Below, one piece after another: positions 1 to 10,942 of a stretch of DNA of 64,000 nt. The position numbers and the translations under genes are program-made. Origin of the DNA: an uncultured delta proteobacterium (GTDB lineage Bacteria > Desulfobacterota > Binatia > UBA9968). Under the pieces are notes generated by a model that worked only from the letters and a program-made list of their open reading frames with translations, was not told where the DNA came from and ran no database searches. Within the stretch, counting starts at the first letter, position 1. Each line of letters begins with the position of its first letter. The stretch lies in NCBI GenBank assembly GCA_963755715.1, contig CAVWLW010000004.1, forward strand, positions 10,554 through 74,553, given 5' to 3'.

Positions 1-435
1 TCTATCGGTAAGCGCGTCGCGCAACCGTTGCAAATCGACAAATCCGTCCGCATTCACAGGCAAATAGCTGATCTCAAAACCGCGCTTTTCTAAAACCTTG
101 CAACAATCCAAAACCGCCTTGTGCTCGGTCACACAAGTGACGATGTGATTGCCCTTTTCGCAATGCGCCTCGGCCACGCCTTTGATGGCAAGATTATCCG
201 ATTCGGTGGCGCCGCTGGTAAAGACGACTTCTCGCGGTGAAGATGCGCCGATCAGTCGCGCCACCTGCTCGCGCGCGGAATCTACCGCGGCTTCAGCTTC
301 CCAACCGAAAGCATGGTTTTTGCTCGCCGCGTTACCGAACCGCTCCAAAAAATAGGGAAGCATGGCATCCAACACGCGCGGGTCGACCGCCGTAGTGGCA
401 TTGTTGTCGAGGTAAATCGGCGTAGTGACTTTCAT
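1..435 (-). CDS. iscS: Cysteine desulfurase IscS, 5' part (runs off window start)
   Basis: Manual translation from ATG at 435 gives [21 protein letters not shown]...FGNAAS...[16 protein letters not shown]...EHKAVLD, the group I desulfurase N-terminus. Not in the ORF track because it is truncated. Confidence 0.93.
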   Translation of the reverse strand, partial: MKVTTPIYLDNNATTAVDPRVLDAMLPYFLERFGNAASKNHAFGWEAEAAVDSAREQVARLIGASSPREVVFTSGATESDNLAIKGVAEAHCEKGNHIVTCVTEHKAVLDCCKVLEKRGFEISYLPVNADGFVDLQRLRDALTDR

Positions 436-446
436 TGCTGGCTCTT

Positions 447-471
447 ATTACAGACTAATTAGGTCTGATAT
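447..471 (-). promoter_or_regulatory. Candidate IscR/Rrf2 type-1 operator
   Basis: 25-bp imperfect palindrome ATATCAGACCTAATTAGTCTGTAAT, 11 bp upstream of the iscS ATG; resembles the IscR type-1 box. Confidence 0.6.
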
Positions 472-577
472 CAAGTTAACCAATATTCAGCGTCGAGTCA
501 ACCAACTTATTGATTCTTATGAATTCAATTAACCTATTGGAATATCAGCAAATTCCAATCGAAACTGACATGAGCTT

Positions 578-3088
578 TCACGCCTGCTCAAGGGCGCATT
601 TAAGAAATTGGCCGGTGTAAGAGCCTGATATCAAAGCGACTTCCTCAGGCGTTCCCTCGGCGGTCACTTGCCCCCCTTGGGCGCCGCTTCCCGGGCCCAA
701 GTCGATGACATAATCAGCGCTTTTGATGACGTCCAGGTTATGTTCGACGACCACGACCGTGTTGCCCAAGTCAGTTAGACGGCTGAGCAGTTCCAAAAGT
801 TTCTTGACATCGTCGAAGTGCAGGCCGGTGGTCGGTTCGTCGAGAACGTAAAGCGATTGACCGGTGGATTTTCGCGCCAGCTCGCGCGCCAGCTTTACAC
901 GCTGGGCTTCGCCGCCGGCAAGCGTCGCGGCGGGCTGGCCGAGCCGGAGGTAGCCAAGCCCCACCTCACGCAACGTGCGCAAGCGATCGTGAATCGGGGC
1001 AATATTATTGAGCAGCTCGGACGCTTCATCGACGGTCAAGTCCAACAAATCGGCGATGCTCAAACCTTTGTACTTGACGTCCAAAGTTTCGCGGTTGTAG
1101 CGCCGTCCCTTGCACACCGGACAAGTGACAAACAATTCCGGGATAAAATACATTTCAATCCGAGTCACGCCTTCGCCGGCGCAAGCTTCGCAGCGCCCGC
1201 CCCTCATATTGAAGGAAAAGCGATCCGGCTTGTAGCCGCGCACACGCGCTTCGGGCAGCGCGGCAAAAAACTCGCGAAGATGATCGTAGATCCCAGTATA
1301 GGTCGCGGCATTGGAGCGCTGGGTGCGGCCGATCGGGTTCTGATCAACGCCGATCGCTCGGTCGAATTGTTGCCAGCCGATGAGCTCGGCACCGCCGTCA
1401 TTGACTTTCATTCGCTGCAAACGTTGTTGCAAGCCGCGATAAAGGACCTCCATCACCAGCGTGCTTTTCCCCGCGCCGGACACGCCGGTCACACAGGTCA
1501 TAACTCCGACCGGAATCTCCACCGTCAGATTTTTTAGATTTCGCGCTCTGGCGTTTTTGATGACGAAATCTTTATCCGCGCCCTGGCGGCGTTCAGAGGG
1601 CAGCGCAATCTTCACGGCACCGGACAAGTATCGTCCGGTGAGAGAGCGGCTGTCGCACAAGACTTCCGTCGGCGCGCCCCGCGCAATGACCTCGCCGCCG
1701 CGCTCGCCCGCTCCGGGTCCCATATCGATCAAATAATCCGCCGCGCGCATGGTCTCCGGATCATGCTCGACGACGAGGACCGAGTTGCCGGCATCGCGCA
1801 GTTGTTTCAGCAGTTCGATGAGCTTCGCGTTGTCTTTTTGGTGCAGCCCCATGCTCGGCTCGTCGAGAACGTAGAGAACGCCCGCCATGCCGGAGCCCAT
1901 TTGCGTCGCCAGGCGCACCCTTTGGAGTTCTCCACCCGAAAGGGTTACCGAGGAGCGATCCAAACTCAAATAGTCAAGACCCAATTGAGTCATCACGCCC
2001 AGCCGCCCCGTGATTTGATCGACAATTTTTTCGCCGATGATTTTTCGTCCCTCGGCGAATTGGCAGTGACTAAGAAACTCGAGCGTCGCCGCGATGGGCA
2101 TGGCCGCGATCTCGGTAATGTCGTGGCCGCCGATGCGCACCGCGCGGCTGGTTTTTTTCAAGCGCGAGCCGCCGCACTCCGGGCACGGCACGGTAGCGCT
2201 ATTTTTGACCCGTTTGCCGCGCTCGGCGATTTCGCCCAGGCCGTTGCAGCGCGGACAAGCGCCTTCGGGACTATTAAACGAAAATAGCCCCGGAGTAATT
2301 TCCGGCGCGGACGCGCCGCAGTTTAGACAAACCAACTTTTGGCTGAACGCCATTTCGCGTCCGCCGTCCGCGTCATTTTCCGAAGGAATCCGAACCTTGA
2401 TTATCTGATCGCCGTGGCGCCCGGCAATTTCAATGGACTCGGCTAACCTTTTCCTGATGCCGTCGCGCAGCACTAGCCGGTCGATCACCAGGTCGATCCG
2501 GCTCGCACTCTCGATATCGAGCGGCTGCTCGCCGGCCAACTCCGTCATCCGGCCATCGAGCATCACCCGAGAAAAACCCTGCCGGGCCAACTCCTCCAGC
2601 CTACTGCGCGCCGCCGGCAGCGCCAGCGGCGCCAGAACAATCACTCTTGTTTGGTCCGGCAGTGAAAGCAATTGATCGACTATTTGTTCGACGCTGTAGG
2701 CTTTGATTTCGTGACCGCATTCAACGCAGGTCAACTGCCCGGCGCGAACGAATAGCAGACGGAGAAAATCGTAAACGCTGGTGATCGTGCCGACCGTCGA
2801 ACGCGGACTCGCCAGGCCGGCCTTTTGTTGAATCGCGATGGTTGGTGAAAGCCCGTCGATGCTATCGACGTCCGGCTTTTCGATCTGCTGCAGCAGTTGT
2901 CGAGCGTCGGCGCCGAGCGACTCCAAATAGCGCCGCCGCCCTTCCGCGTAGAGCGTGTCAAAAGCTAACGATGATTTTCCCGAACCGGAGACACCGGTGA
3001 TAACGACAAGCTGATTGCGCGGAATTTCCAGGTCGATATTTTTAAGATTGTGAACCCGCGCGCCCTTGATAACGATATTGGCCGCCAC
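578..3088 (-). CDS. uvrA: Excinuclease ABC subunit A-like protein lacking the insertion domain (836 aa)
   Basis: GARVHNLKN, GVSGSGKSS, two LSGGE/LAGGE...DEP ABC signatures, second Walker A GVSGAGKST, CxxC zinc modules. Confidence 0.93.
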   Translation of the reverse strand: MAANIVIKGARVHNLKNIDLEIPRNQLVVITGVSGSGKSSLAFDTLYAEGRRRYLESLGADARQLLQQIEKPDVDSIDGLSPTIAIQQKAGLASPRSTVGTITSVYDFLRLLFVRAGQLTCVECGHEIKAYSVEQIVDQLLSLPDQTRVIVLAPLALPAARSRLEELARQGFSRVMLDGRMTELAGEQPLDIESASRIDLVIDRLVLRDGIRKRLAESIEIAGRHGDQIIKVRIPSENDADGGREMAFSQKLVCLNCGASAPEITPGLFSFNSPEGACPRCNGLGEIAERGKRVKNSATVPCPECGGSRLKKTSRAVRIGGHDITEIAAMPIAATLEFLSHCQFAEGRKIIGEKIVDQITGRLGVMTQLGLDYLSLDRSSVTLSGGELQRVRLATQMGSGMAGVLYVLDEPSMGLHQKDNAKLIELLKQLRDAGNSVLVVEHDPETMRAADYLIDMGPGAGERGGEVIARGAPTEVLCDSRSLTGRYLSGAVKIALPSERRQGADKDFVIKNARARNLKNLTVEIPVGVMTCVTGVSGAGKSTLVMEVLYRGLQQRLQRMKVNDGGAELIGWQQFDRAIGVDQNPIGRTQRSNAATYTGIYDHLREFFAALPEARVRGYKPDRFSFNMRGGRCEACAGEGVTRIEMYFIPELFVTCPVCKGRRYNRETLDVKYKGLSIADLLDLTVDEASELLNNIAPIHDRLRTLREVGLGYLRLGQPAATLAGGEAQRVKLARELARKSTGQSLYVLDEPTTGLHFDDVKKLLELLSRLTDLGNTVVVVEHNLDVIKSADYVIDLGPGSGAQGGQVTAEGTPEEVALISGSYTGQFLKCALEQA

Positions 3089-3099
3089 TGCATACCCGT

Positions 3100-4452
3100 C
3101 TAACTTTGGAATTCCTTGAGCTTGCTCTCAATGACGGCGCGGTATTCGTCGAGCTTTTGTTGACACGACGCTTCAAACCGCAGCACAAGCGCCGGTTGCG
3201 TGTTTGACGCGCGAATCAGTCCCCAGCCCTCGGGAAATTGCACGCGAACGCCGTCGAGATCGATGACATCGTAATGTTGGCGGAAATATTCCGTTGCCTT
3301 TTCTGCAATCATAAATTTTTTTTCGTCCGGGCAATCCACGCGAATCTCCGGAGTCGATACGCTCTTGGGCAGATCGGCAAGCAAGCAGGATAGCGGTTTT
3401 CCCGACTGGGCGAGGATTTCGAGCAAACGCAGCGACGCATAAATCGCGTCATCGTAACCGAAGTAGCGTTCTTTGAAAAACATATGCCCGCTCATCTCGC
3501 CGGCCAGCAGCGCGCGCGTTTCTTTCATCTTGGCTTTGACCAGGGAATGGCCGGCCTTCCACATGATCGGCCGGCCGCCGTGCGCGGAAATATCGTCGTA
3601 AAGACGCTGCGAGCATTTCACTTCGGCGATAATCGTCGCGCCCGGGTTGCGCTTGAGCACGTCGCGGGAGAACAACACCAGCAATTCGTCACCCCACAGG
3701 ATGTTGCCCTTTTCATCTACCACGCCGATGCGGTCAGCGTCGCCGTCATAGGCGATGCCGAGATCGGCTTTCTCTTGCCTCACCTTCTCGATCAGCATTT
3801 CGAGATTTTCCGGCACGGTCGGATCGGGATGATGAAATGGAAAGCTGGCATCCGGCACGCAGGCGATCTCCCAGACCTGACAACCCAGTTGGCGAAAAAT
3901 CGGCGGCGCCACCGGCCCACCGACGCCGCTCCCGGCATCGACAACCACTTTGAGTGGACGAGCCAATTTGGGCACGTCGTCAAGCAACCGCTTGTGATAA
4001 GGCGGCATGATTTCATAGCGCTCCACCTTGCCGCCCGGTTTTTCCCGATACTCGTTGCGCTCCATCTTGGCGCGAATTTCCTGGATCTGCTCGCCGTAGA
4101 GCGTGTCCTTGCCGAGACAGATCTTAAAGCCGTTGTATTCGGACGGATTGTGGCTGGCCGTGATTTGAATCCCGCCATCGACGTCGAGATGGAACAAAGA
4201 AAAATAGAGCAACGGGCTGGGACAAATGCCGATGTCGTAAACGTGAAGTCCGGCGCAAGCCATGCCGGCAATGACCGCTTCGGCGTAAAGGTCTGAAGTG
4301 GTCCGGCAATCGCGGCCGACAGTTACCCGCGTGCCGCCCCTTTCAGCGACAGCCGTACCGTGCACTTTGCCGAGCAGCAACGCGAAGTCCTTGTCGAAAT
4401 CCTTCTCTGCCAAACCGCGGATGTCGTACTCGCGAAATACCGATGGGTTCAT
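3100..4452 (-). CDS. Phosphomannomutase/phosphoglucomutase
   Basis: FREYDIRG start, TASHNP phosphoserine loop, DGDADR metal loop, GEMSGH. True start at 4452 overlaps the pdxA stop (ATGA). Confidence 0.95.
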   Translation of the reverse strand: MNPSVFREYDIRGLAEKDFDKDFALLLGKVHGTAVAERGGTRVTVGRDCRTTSDLYAEAVIAGMACAGLHVYDIGICPSPLLYFSLFHLDVDGGIQITASHNPSEYNGFKICLGKDTLYGEQIQEIRAKMERNEYREKPGGKVERYEIMPPYHKRLLDDVPKLARPLKVVVDAGSGVGGPVAPPIFRQLGCQVWEIACVPDASFPFHHPDPTVPENLEMLIEKVRQEKADLGIAYDGDADRIGVVDEKGNILWGDELLVLFSRDVLKRNPGATIIAEVKCSQRLYDDISAHGGRPIMWKAGHSLVKAKMKETRALLAGEMSGHMFFKERYFGYDDAIYASLRLLEILAQSGKPLSCLLADLPKSVSTPEIRVDCPDEKKFMIAEKATEYFRQHYDVIDLDGVRVQFPEGWGLIRASNTQPALVLRFEASCQQKLDEYRAVIESKLKEFQS

Positions 4453-5474
4453 TTCTGCCCCCGCCTCATGCGCTGGCGCGCCAAGCGCGCCGCTAACAAA
4501 ATCGCTTCCTTCATGCTGCTGGCGTCGGCCTTGCCGGTGCCGGCGATATCGTACGCCGTACCGTGATCCACCGAAGTACGAATAAAAGGCGGGCCTAATG
4601 TCAGCGCGACGCCGCCAAAAAAATGATGCAGCTTCAACGGAATCAGGCCCTGGTCGTGGTACATGCACACGACGGCATCATAGTCGCCGCGCGCCGCATG
4701 GTGAAACAGACTATCGGCGGGAAAGGGTCCGAAGGCGGGAATGCCTTTCTTGCGCGCTGCTTTCACCGCAGGTGCGATAATTTCTATTTCCTCGCCGCCG
4801 AAAATACCGTCTTCGCCACCATGCGGGTTTAGCGCCGCCACCGCGATGCGTGGCTGCGCGATGGCAAAAAAATCTTTCAGGCTGCGGTGCGTCAGCGCCA
4901 AAGTCGTTTGAATATTTTCCCGCGTCAGCCGGCGCGGCACTTGGGTGAACGGAATGTGACCGGTCACCGGCACGACGCGGAGTTTGGCGCCAATCAGCAT
5001 CATCCGACATTCCGCGGTGCGGCTCAGTTCCGCGAGCAGCTCCGTATGACCCGGATAGTTGTAACCCGCATCGATCAAGCTGCTCTTGCTGATCGGCGCA
5101 GTGGCGATCGCGTCGGCAACTTTCGCCAGCGCCAATTTCGCCGCGACGCGAATGTAGCTAAACGCGCCGTGGCTGCCGGCCTTGGATGAGACAGCCGGAC
5201 GGGATTGCCGGGACGTCAACGCCGATAAAGAACATACGACATGAGCCGTGGGGTGATCGAGCAACGGCAAAAGCGGCTGATTCGTTTGAAAGCAAATCAG
5301 CTTCGGTGGATTTTTTTGGCCACGGCGAGTCCGTTCAAGCACGCCCCAATCGCCCAAGATCAGCGGCCGTGAGACGCGCTTGATTATCGGGTCGGCGAGT
5401 GCCTTGAGAACGATTTCTGGACCGATACCCGCCGGATCGCCCATGGTAATGGCGATGATCGGTTTGCTAGACAT
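4449..5474 (-). CDS. pdxA: 4-hydroxythreonine-4-phosphate dehydrogenase
   Basis: TMGDPAGIGPE, GHTE, LNPH, MYHDQG, RTSVDHGTA motifs. Confidence 0.95.
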   Translation of the reverse strand: MSSKPIIAITMGDPAGIGPEIVLKALADPIIKRVSRPLILGDWGVLERTRRGQKNPPKLICFQTNQPLLPLLDHPTAHVVCSLSALTSRQSRPAVSSKAGSHGAFSYIRVAAKLALAKVADAIATAPISKSSLIDAGYNYPGHTELLAELSRTAECRMMLIGAKLRVVPVTGHIPFTQVPRRLTRENIQTTLALTHRSLKDFFAIAQPRIAVAALNPHGGEDGIFGGEEIEIIAPAVKAARKKGIPAFGPFPADSLFHHAARGDYDAVVCMYHDQGLIPLKLHHFFGGVALTLGPPFIRTSVDHGTAYDIAGTGKADASSMKEAILLAARLARQRMRRGQK

Positions 5475-5537
5475 ATCTAAAGAATCGCGCCGGAATGATC
5501 GGTTTTACTATCCGCGCTTGCGCAGGCGGTAACGAGA

Positions 5538-6856
5538 TCAGGGCTTTTTCGAAGAAAATGGATTCAAGGAATCCAGGAATGTCCCGTTTTCCGATTCCGG
5601 TTTGGGCGGAGTCAAAACGTCAGGCACTTCCTCGACAGTGTCCGTCGTAAAGAGCGGCACGCCGAAGACGCTGACGATACTTTTACCCGCCACCGGACTT
5701 TTCGGATCCTCCTCCTCAAATGGGATCTCTTTGACGATGTACGAGAATGGATTCAAATAACTCATGAAGCTACGGTCTTGGCGTCGCGTGCGGAGCGACT
5801 GGAGTTGGCCGCCAAAGCATTCACCGTAGCTTCTTTCGAATCTTCCGGTTTGAACACAACGCCGGCCACCTTGACATCGACTCTATTTTTTCGTCGCAAG
5901 TCGGTTTTGACCCACTTCGTGAAGCGCTCCTCCAGGGCTTTGTTGAGCAACTCTTCCCTGATCTTGGGCGCCACTGTGGCGAGCGGCAGCACATTGCCGG
6001 ATTCGCGCCCTTCGAGTTTAACGATATGAATGCCCATGCTGGTGCGAAACGGCTCGCTCACTTGACCCACGGCCAATTTTTCGAACGCGACTTCCTCGAT
6101 TCCGGGGACTAAAGTTCCACGGTTGACCCAGCCGATGTCACCGCCCGCGGCCCGCCCGGCTCCTTCAGAATACTCCTGCGCCAACTTGGCGAAGTCCTCA
6201 CCGGCGGCGATTTTAGCGTAAAGCTCTTTAGCCTTGGCCATTTCACTTTGCACCCGGTCCGGCGGAGCGTTTTCCGCTAGCGGCAGGAGAATATGGCGAA
6301 TGCGGGCGCGGTCGTTGGCACGAAATTTTTTCGCGTTGAGCTTGTAATAACGCTCGACATCGTCGTCGGTGATGTTGACCTTTCGCTTGACCTGGCGGTC
6401 GATGATCTCGCTTTTTTCCATCTCGGACTTGACCGAGGCTTTATAGCTCGCCAGTGTCTGCCCTTCTCGGCTTAGGGCGGTTTTGAGGTCTTCTTCAGAT
6501 AGACTATTATTTTTTTTGACTTGCTCGATATAACGATTCACATCGTCGTCGGTAATGCTGATGCCGGCTTCGCGGACTTCGGCCTCCATCAGCTTGTCGG
6601 TAATAAATTGTTCCAATACTTCGCGATCGGCGGTATTGATTTGATCGAGATTACCGGTGGGAAAAGCGCGCCCGGCTTTACTTTTTGCGTAGCTGTTCAC
6701 GTTGGAAAGCGTGTACGGCTCACCGTTGATCACGACGAGTAATTGCTCGACGACCGCGGCGCCGGCGATGGGGGGAACGAGGGAGAGAAAAAATGCCAAG
6801 AAGTATTGTGTTTTGGCTTGCCTCAACATCGGCTTTCTCGAATGGCAACCGATCAA
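5538..6856 (-). CDS. surA: SurA-like parvulin peptidyl-prolyl isomerase/chaperone; probable frameshift near 5775 joins ORFs 5762-6856 and 5538-5765
   Basis: Signal peptide, SurA-N region, parvulin motifs (RHIL, GEDFAKLAQEYS, GGDIGW, GIHIVK). Adding one base gives a continuous ARDAKDRSFMSYLNPF. Confidence 0.8.
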
Positions 6857-6951
6857 GTAACGAAACCACTAAGAGAGCTACCATACTCGAATTTAAAAGC
6901 CAAACCGCCAATGGACGGTCCTTTAGCCGGATATGTTGCTAGGTACCTCAT

Positions 6952-9900
6952 TTACGCGGGCAACGATTCCGCGGGAAAATTTTCCACCGCGGGAAGGTCC
7001 TGAATCGAAGCGAGCAACTCCGTCACTTCGTCCATCAGCGGCTCCCATTCCAGGTTTCGCGGCGCAAACGATAAACGCCCGTCGGGCGAGAGACGAAAAC
7101 GGCTCTTTTGTTTGCGAATGAGGTCTAAAAGTTTTTCCACCTTGACCGGCGATTCGGGATGAAAAAGCAAAAACACTTTGCCGTCCGAGACGCTGATCTG
7201 CTGGACTAGGAAATGTTTCAACGTGCGCCGTAGGTTCATCACGAGAAAAAGATTCTCGACGACAGTGCCGTACGGCCCGAAGCGATCCCTGATCTCTTCT
7301 TTCAATTCGTCCAACTCCTGGCTGCTGCGCAGGCTCGCCAGACGCTTGTAGAAATAGAGCCGCTGATTGGCGTCGGGAATATAGTTATCCGGAAAATAAG
7401 CCGAGATGCCGAGGCGAATTTCCGGATCGACTTCCGGCAAAACTTCTTCCCCTTTCAGTTCCTGAATCGCTTTCTCCATCATCTCGGTGTAGAGCTCGAA
7501 GCCCACCGCGGTGATCTGCCCCGATTGTTGATCGCCCAGCAAATTGCCCGCGCCGCGGATTTCCAAATCATGCAACGCGAGCTTGAATCCACCGCCAAGC
7601 CCGTCGATTTCTTGCAGCGCGCGCAAGCGTTTCTCGGCGTCCGGCGTGATCGCCTTTTCACCGGGGATAAGCAAATAGGCGTAAGCGTGCCGATGCGAGC
7701 GGCCGACCCGGCCGCGTAGTTGGTAGAGCTGCGCCAGACCGAATTTGTCGGCGCGATTGATGATAATCGTATTGGCGTTGGGAAAATCGAGACCCGACTC
7801 GATGATCGCCGAGCAAACCAAGACTTGCGTCTTGTTGTCGAGAAAATCGACCATGACTTTTTCCAACTCTTTGGGCCGCATCTGGCCGTGCGCGACGGCG
7901 ATCTTCGCTTCCGGAATCAGATCGGTGAGCTTGAGCGCCAGGCGATCGATCGTTTCGACGCGATTATGAAGAAAGAACACTTGACCGCCGCGTTCCAGCT
8001 CGCGCAAGACCGCGTCACGAATCAATCTCTCATCGTAGCGGGTTACGTAGGTTTGAATCGCCAGGCGATCTACCGGCGGCGTTTCGATGATGCTCAGCTC
8101 GCGAATGCCGACCAGCGACATGTGCAGGGTGCGCGGGATCGGCGTCGCGGTGAGACTCAAAACGTCGACGAGCTGGCGCAGCTTCTTGAGCCGTTCCTTG
8201 TGCACCACGCCAAAACGTTGCTCTTCGTCGACGATCACCAGACCCAAATCCTTGAACTCGACGTCTTTTTGCAGCAAACGATGGGTGCCGATGAGGATAT
8301 CCACTTTGCCCTGAGCGGTCTCCTGTAAAATCTGCGCGACTTCCTTCGACGTGAGGAAGCGGCTCACCATTTCGATGCGCACCGGCTGATTGCGAAAGCG
8401 ATGGCGAAAGGTCTGCAAGTGTTGTTGCGCGAGAATGGTCGTCGGCGCCAGCACGGCGACTTGCTTGCCGCCTTCGACGGCGAGGAACGCCGCGCGCATG
8501 GCGACTTCGGTCTTGCCGTAGCCGACATCGCCACAAATCAATCGGTCCATCGGCTTCTGGCTCTGCATGCCGGCGAGGGTTTCGTCGATGGCGCGTTGCT
8601 GGTCCGGGGTTTCCTCATACTCGAATCCGGCCTCGAATTCTTTATACAAGTTGTCCGGCGAGGCGAAGGCGGTGCCGGCGCGCGCCTCGCGCAGGGCGTA
8701 AAGCTGAACCAATTCTTCGGCCATCGCAAAAATCGATTTGCGTGCCTTGGCTTTGACTTTTTCCCAAGCCGTGCCGCCTAAGCGATCGAGTCCGGGCGCG
8801 GCGCCGTCACCACCGATGTATTTCTGCACCATATTGATGCGGTCCACCGGCAAATACAGCCGGTCGCCGCCTTCGTACTCCAAGTGCAGAAACTCGCCTT
8901 CGACGCCGGCGACTTTTAAAAATTTGAGACCGCGGTAAACGCCGATGCCGTGATCCAAATGCACGACGAAATCATCCTGCTTGAGCTCGCTCAGGCTGGT
9001 TAAAAAATGGCTCGGATGACGCTTGGTCGAAGCCGCGGGCTGGCGCTTGCGCGTGCCGAAGATTTCGTCGAAAGTTACGAACACCAAGCGCGCTTCCGGC
9101 AGGCGAAACCCTTGGTTGAGATGGCCGCAGACGATCGCCTGCGCGAAATCGACGCGCGCCGACACATCGTTCGATGGGCTCCTCGAGGATCGGCAATTGC
9201 AAGTTGTAATTGCTCAACAGCTCGCGCAGTCGCGCCGCATCCGCTGGGGTCGGCGCAACGAAGATGACTCTCTCGCCTTGCCAACTTTTCAAGCGCTCGA
9301 CCAGCGGCGCGAGCGAGGCCTCTTTGCCGTGCAGCGCGGTTTCCAAGCGAATATCGGTCGTCAAGTAAGATGCCACCGTCAGCGTCGATTGCTGCGCGCG
9401 CTCCGACGCGGCAAGAACGGTGAGCGATTCGCCTTGGACCCGCGCGAATGGCTCGAGGGCGTCGCGCCATTCATGCTCGTTCAAATACAAAGCGTCCACT
9501 GGCGCGACCAAGCGGTGCTCTTCCTTGGCCCGTTCATGGCGCTCCCAAGTTAGCCGGCCAAAACGTTCGGCCTCGGCTTCGACCCGATCCGCGCCATCGA
9601 GCCAAATGAGCGTCTCTTTGGGCAGGTAGGAAAATACCGGCACCAGCGGCCCGGCAAAATAAGGCGCGAGAAATTCAATGCCGGGAAAAGGGATGCCCGA
9701 GCGCATCGACTCGAGCAGACTGTTCTTCTCTCGTCGATCCACTTCCAACTCCAAAGCGCGCTGATCCAAGCGCCGGAGCGCATTCTCCACGCCGCTTTGC
9801 TTAAGCGAAAAATCTTTCATCGGCAGCAGCAACATCTCTTCCTGAAGCTGTGCCGTACGCTGCGTCGCTGGATTGAACTCGCGGATCGATTCCAACCGGT

Positions 9901-10501
9901 CGCCGTCGAACTCGAGGCGCAACGGCCGCCCATAGCCAGGCGAAAACACATCGACGATCCCGCCGCGCACGCTGAAGTCGCCGCGCTCCTCGACCAGCGG
10001 CACGTTTTGGAAACCCCACTGAACCAGATGTTCAAGCAACGAATCGCGGCGCAGATCCTGACCGGCGACGAGATATAAATAGGATTGTTTGAGCGCCTCC
10101 TTGGCGATGACTTTCTGCATCAACGCGGCCGGCGTCGCAATCAGTATCGGCGCCGATTCTTCGACCAGTTTGTAGAGTCCCTCCAAACGGCCGGCGATGT
10201 TATCGGGGTGAGGCGAGAGATTTTCGAAAGGCAGTACCTCCCAGGAAGGAAAAAGATGCAGCCGCTTGCGAAATGGCGCCTGGGCGCGCTCTTCGCCGAG
10301 AAAAAAATTAAGATCATCGTAGAAATTTTCCGCCTCGAGCGCACTCGAACAGACGACGAGCATCGGCCGGCGCTCACGTGCCGCCAGTTGCGCCAGCAGC
10401 CAAGCCCGCGCCCCGCCTTGAATGCCTTGAACCCGCTTGCTGCCGGTCCAGGTCCCTTCGAGAAAATGTTCCAGTCGTTGCGCGAGCGCGATATCGGTCA
10501 T
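6952..10501 (-). CDS. mfd: Transcription-repair coupling factor, frameshifted near 9165-9175
   Basis: The N-terminal ORF has the UvrB-homology motif RGGIVDVF. The C-terminal ORF has Car[31 protein letters not shown] and the TRCF domain. Start MTDIAL at 10501. Confidence 0.93.
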
Positions 10502-10866
10502 GAAAAAAAGCTGAAGCGTTGCAGTTGGATTTTCGGCAGCGGCGGCAGAGCGGGCGGATCGGCGGGTTTTTCCGCGGCTTCGGCCCACCTTTCGACGGCC
10601 TGGCAGAGTTCCTTTGAACGAATCCGTAAAAAAGCCGGTTGATAATTCTCGAAGCGGATCAACGCTTGGTGCATCATTCGCACCGGTCCTTTGACTTCTT
10701 GAAAATCGCAAAACATACGAAACGCCGCGGCCAACTGAATCAAACCTTCGACAAAAGGTTTATTCGCTTCGTCGGTCTCGTGGTAAAACCCTTCCCAAAT
10801 CTCGTGGCATTCGAAAAACTGACCTTCGTTAAACAGACGTATGCCCTCTCGCAGTCGAGCGTTCAT
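10498..10866 (-). CDS. DUF309 family protein
   Basis: GIRLFNEGQFFECHEIWE...GLIQLAAA; its stop overlaps the mfd start (ATGA). Confidence 0.8.
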   Translation of the reverse strand: MNARLREGIRLFNEGQFFECHEIWEGFYHETDEANKPFVEGLIQLAAAFRMFCDFQEVKGPVRMMHQALIRFENYQPAFLRIRSKELCQAVERWAEAAEKPADPPALPPLPKIQLQRFSFFS

Positions 10867-10942
10867 AAGTTTTGCTTGGAATTTTAAGCTAACAGCTTCT
10901 CTGCCGACCCTCAAGGCAGGAGACGTCGGCGCAGCGCGAGGA

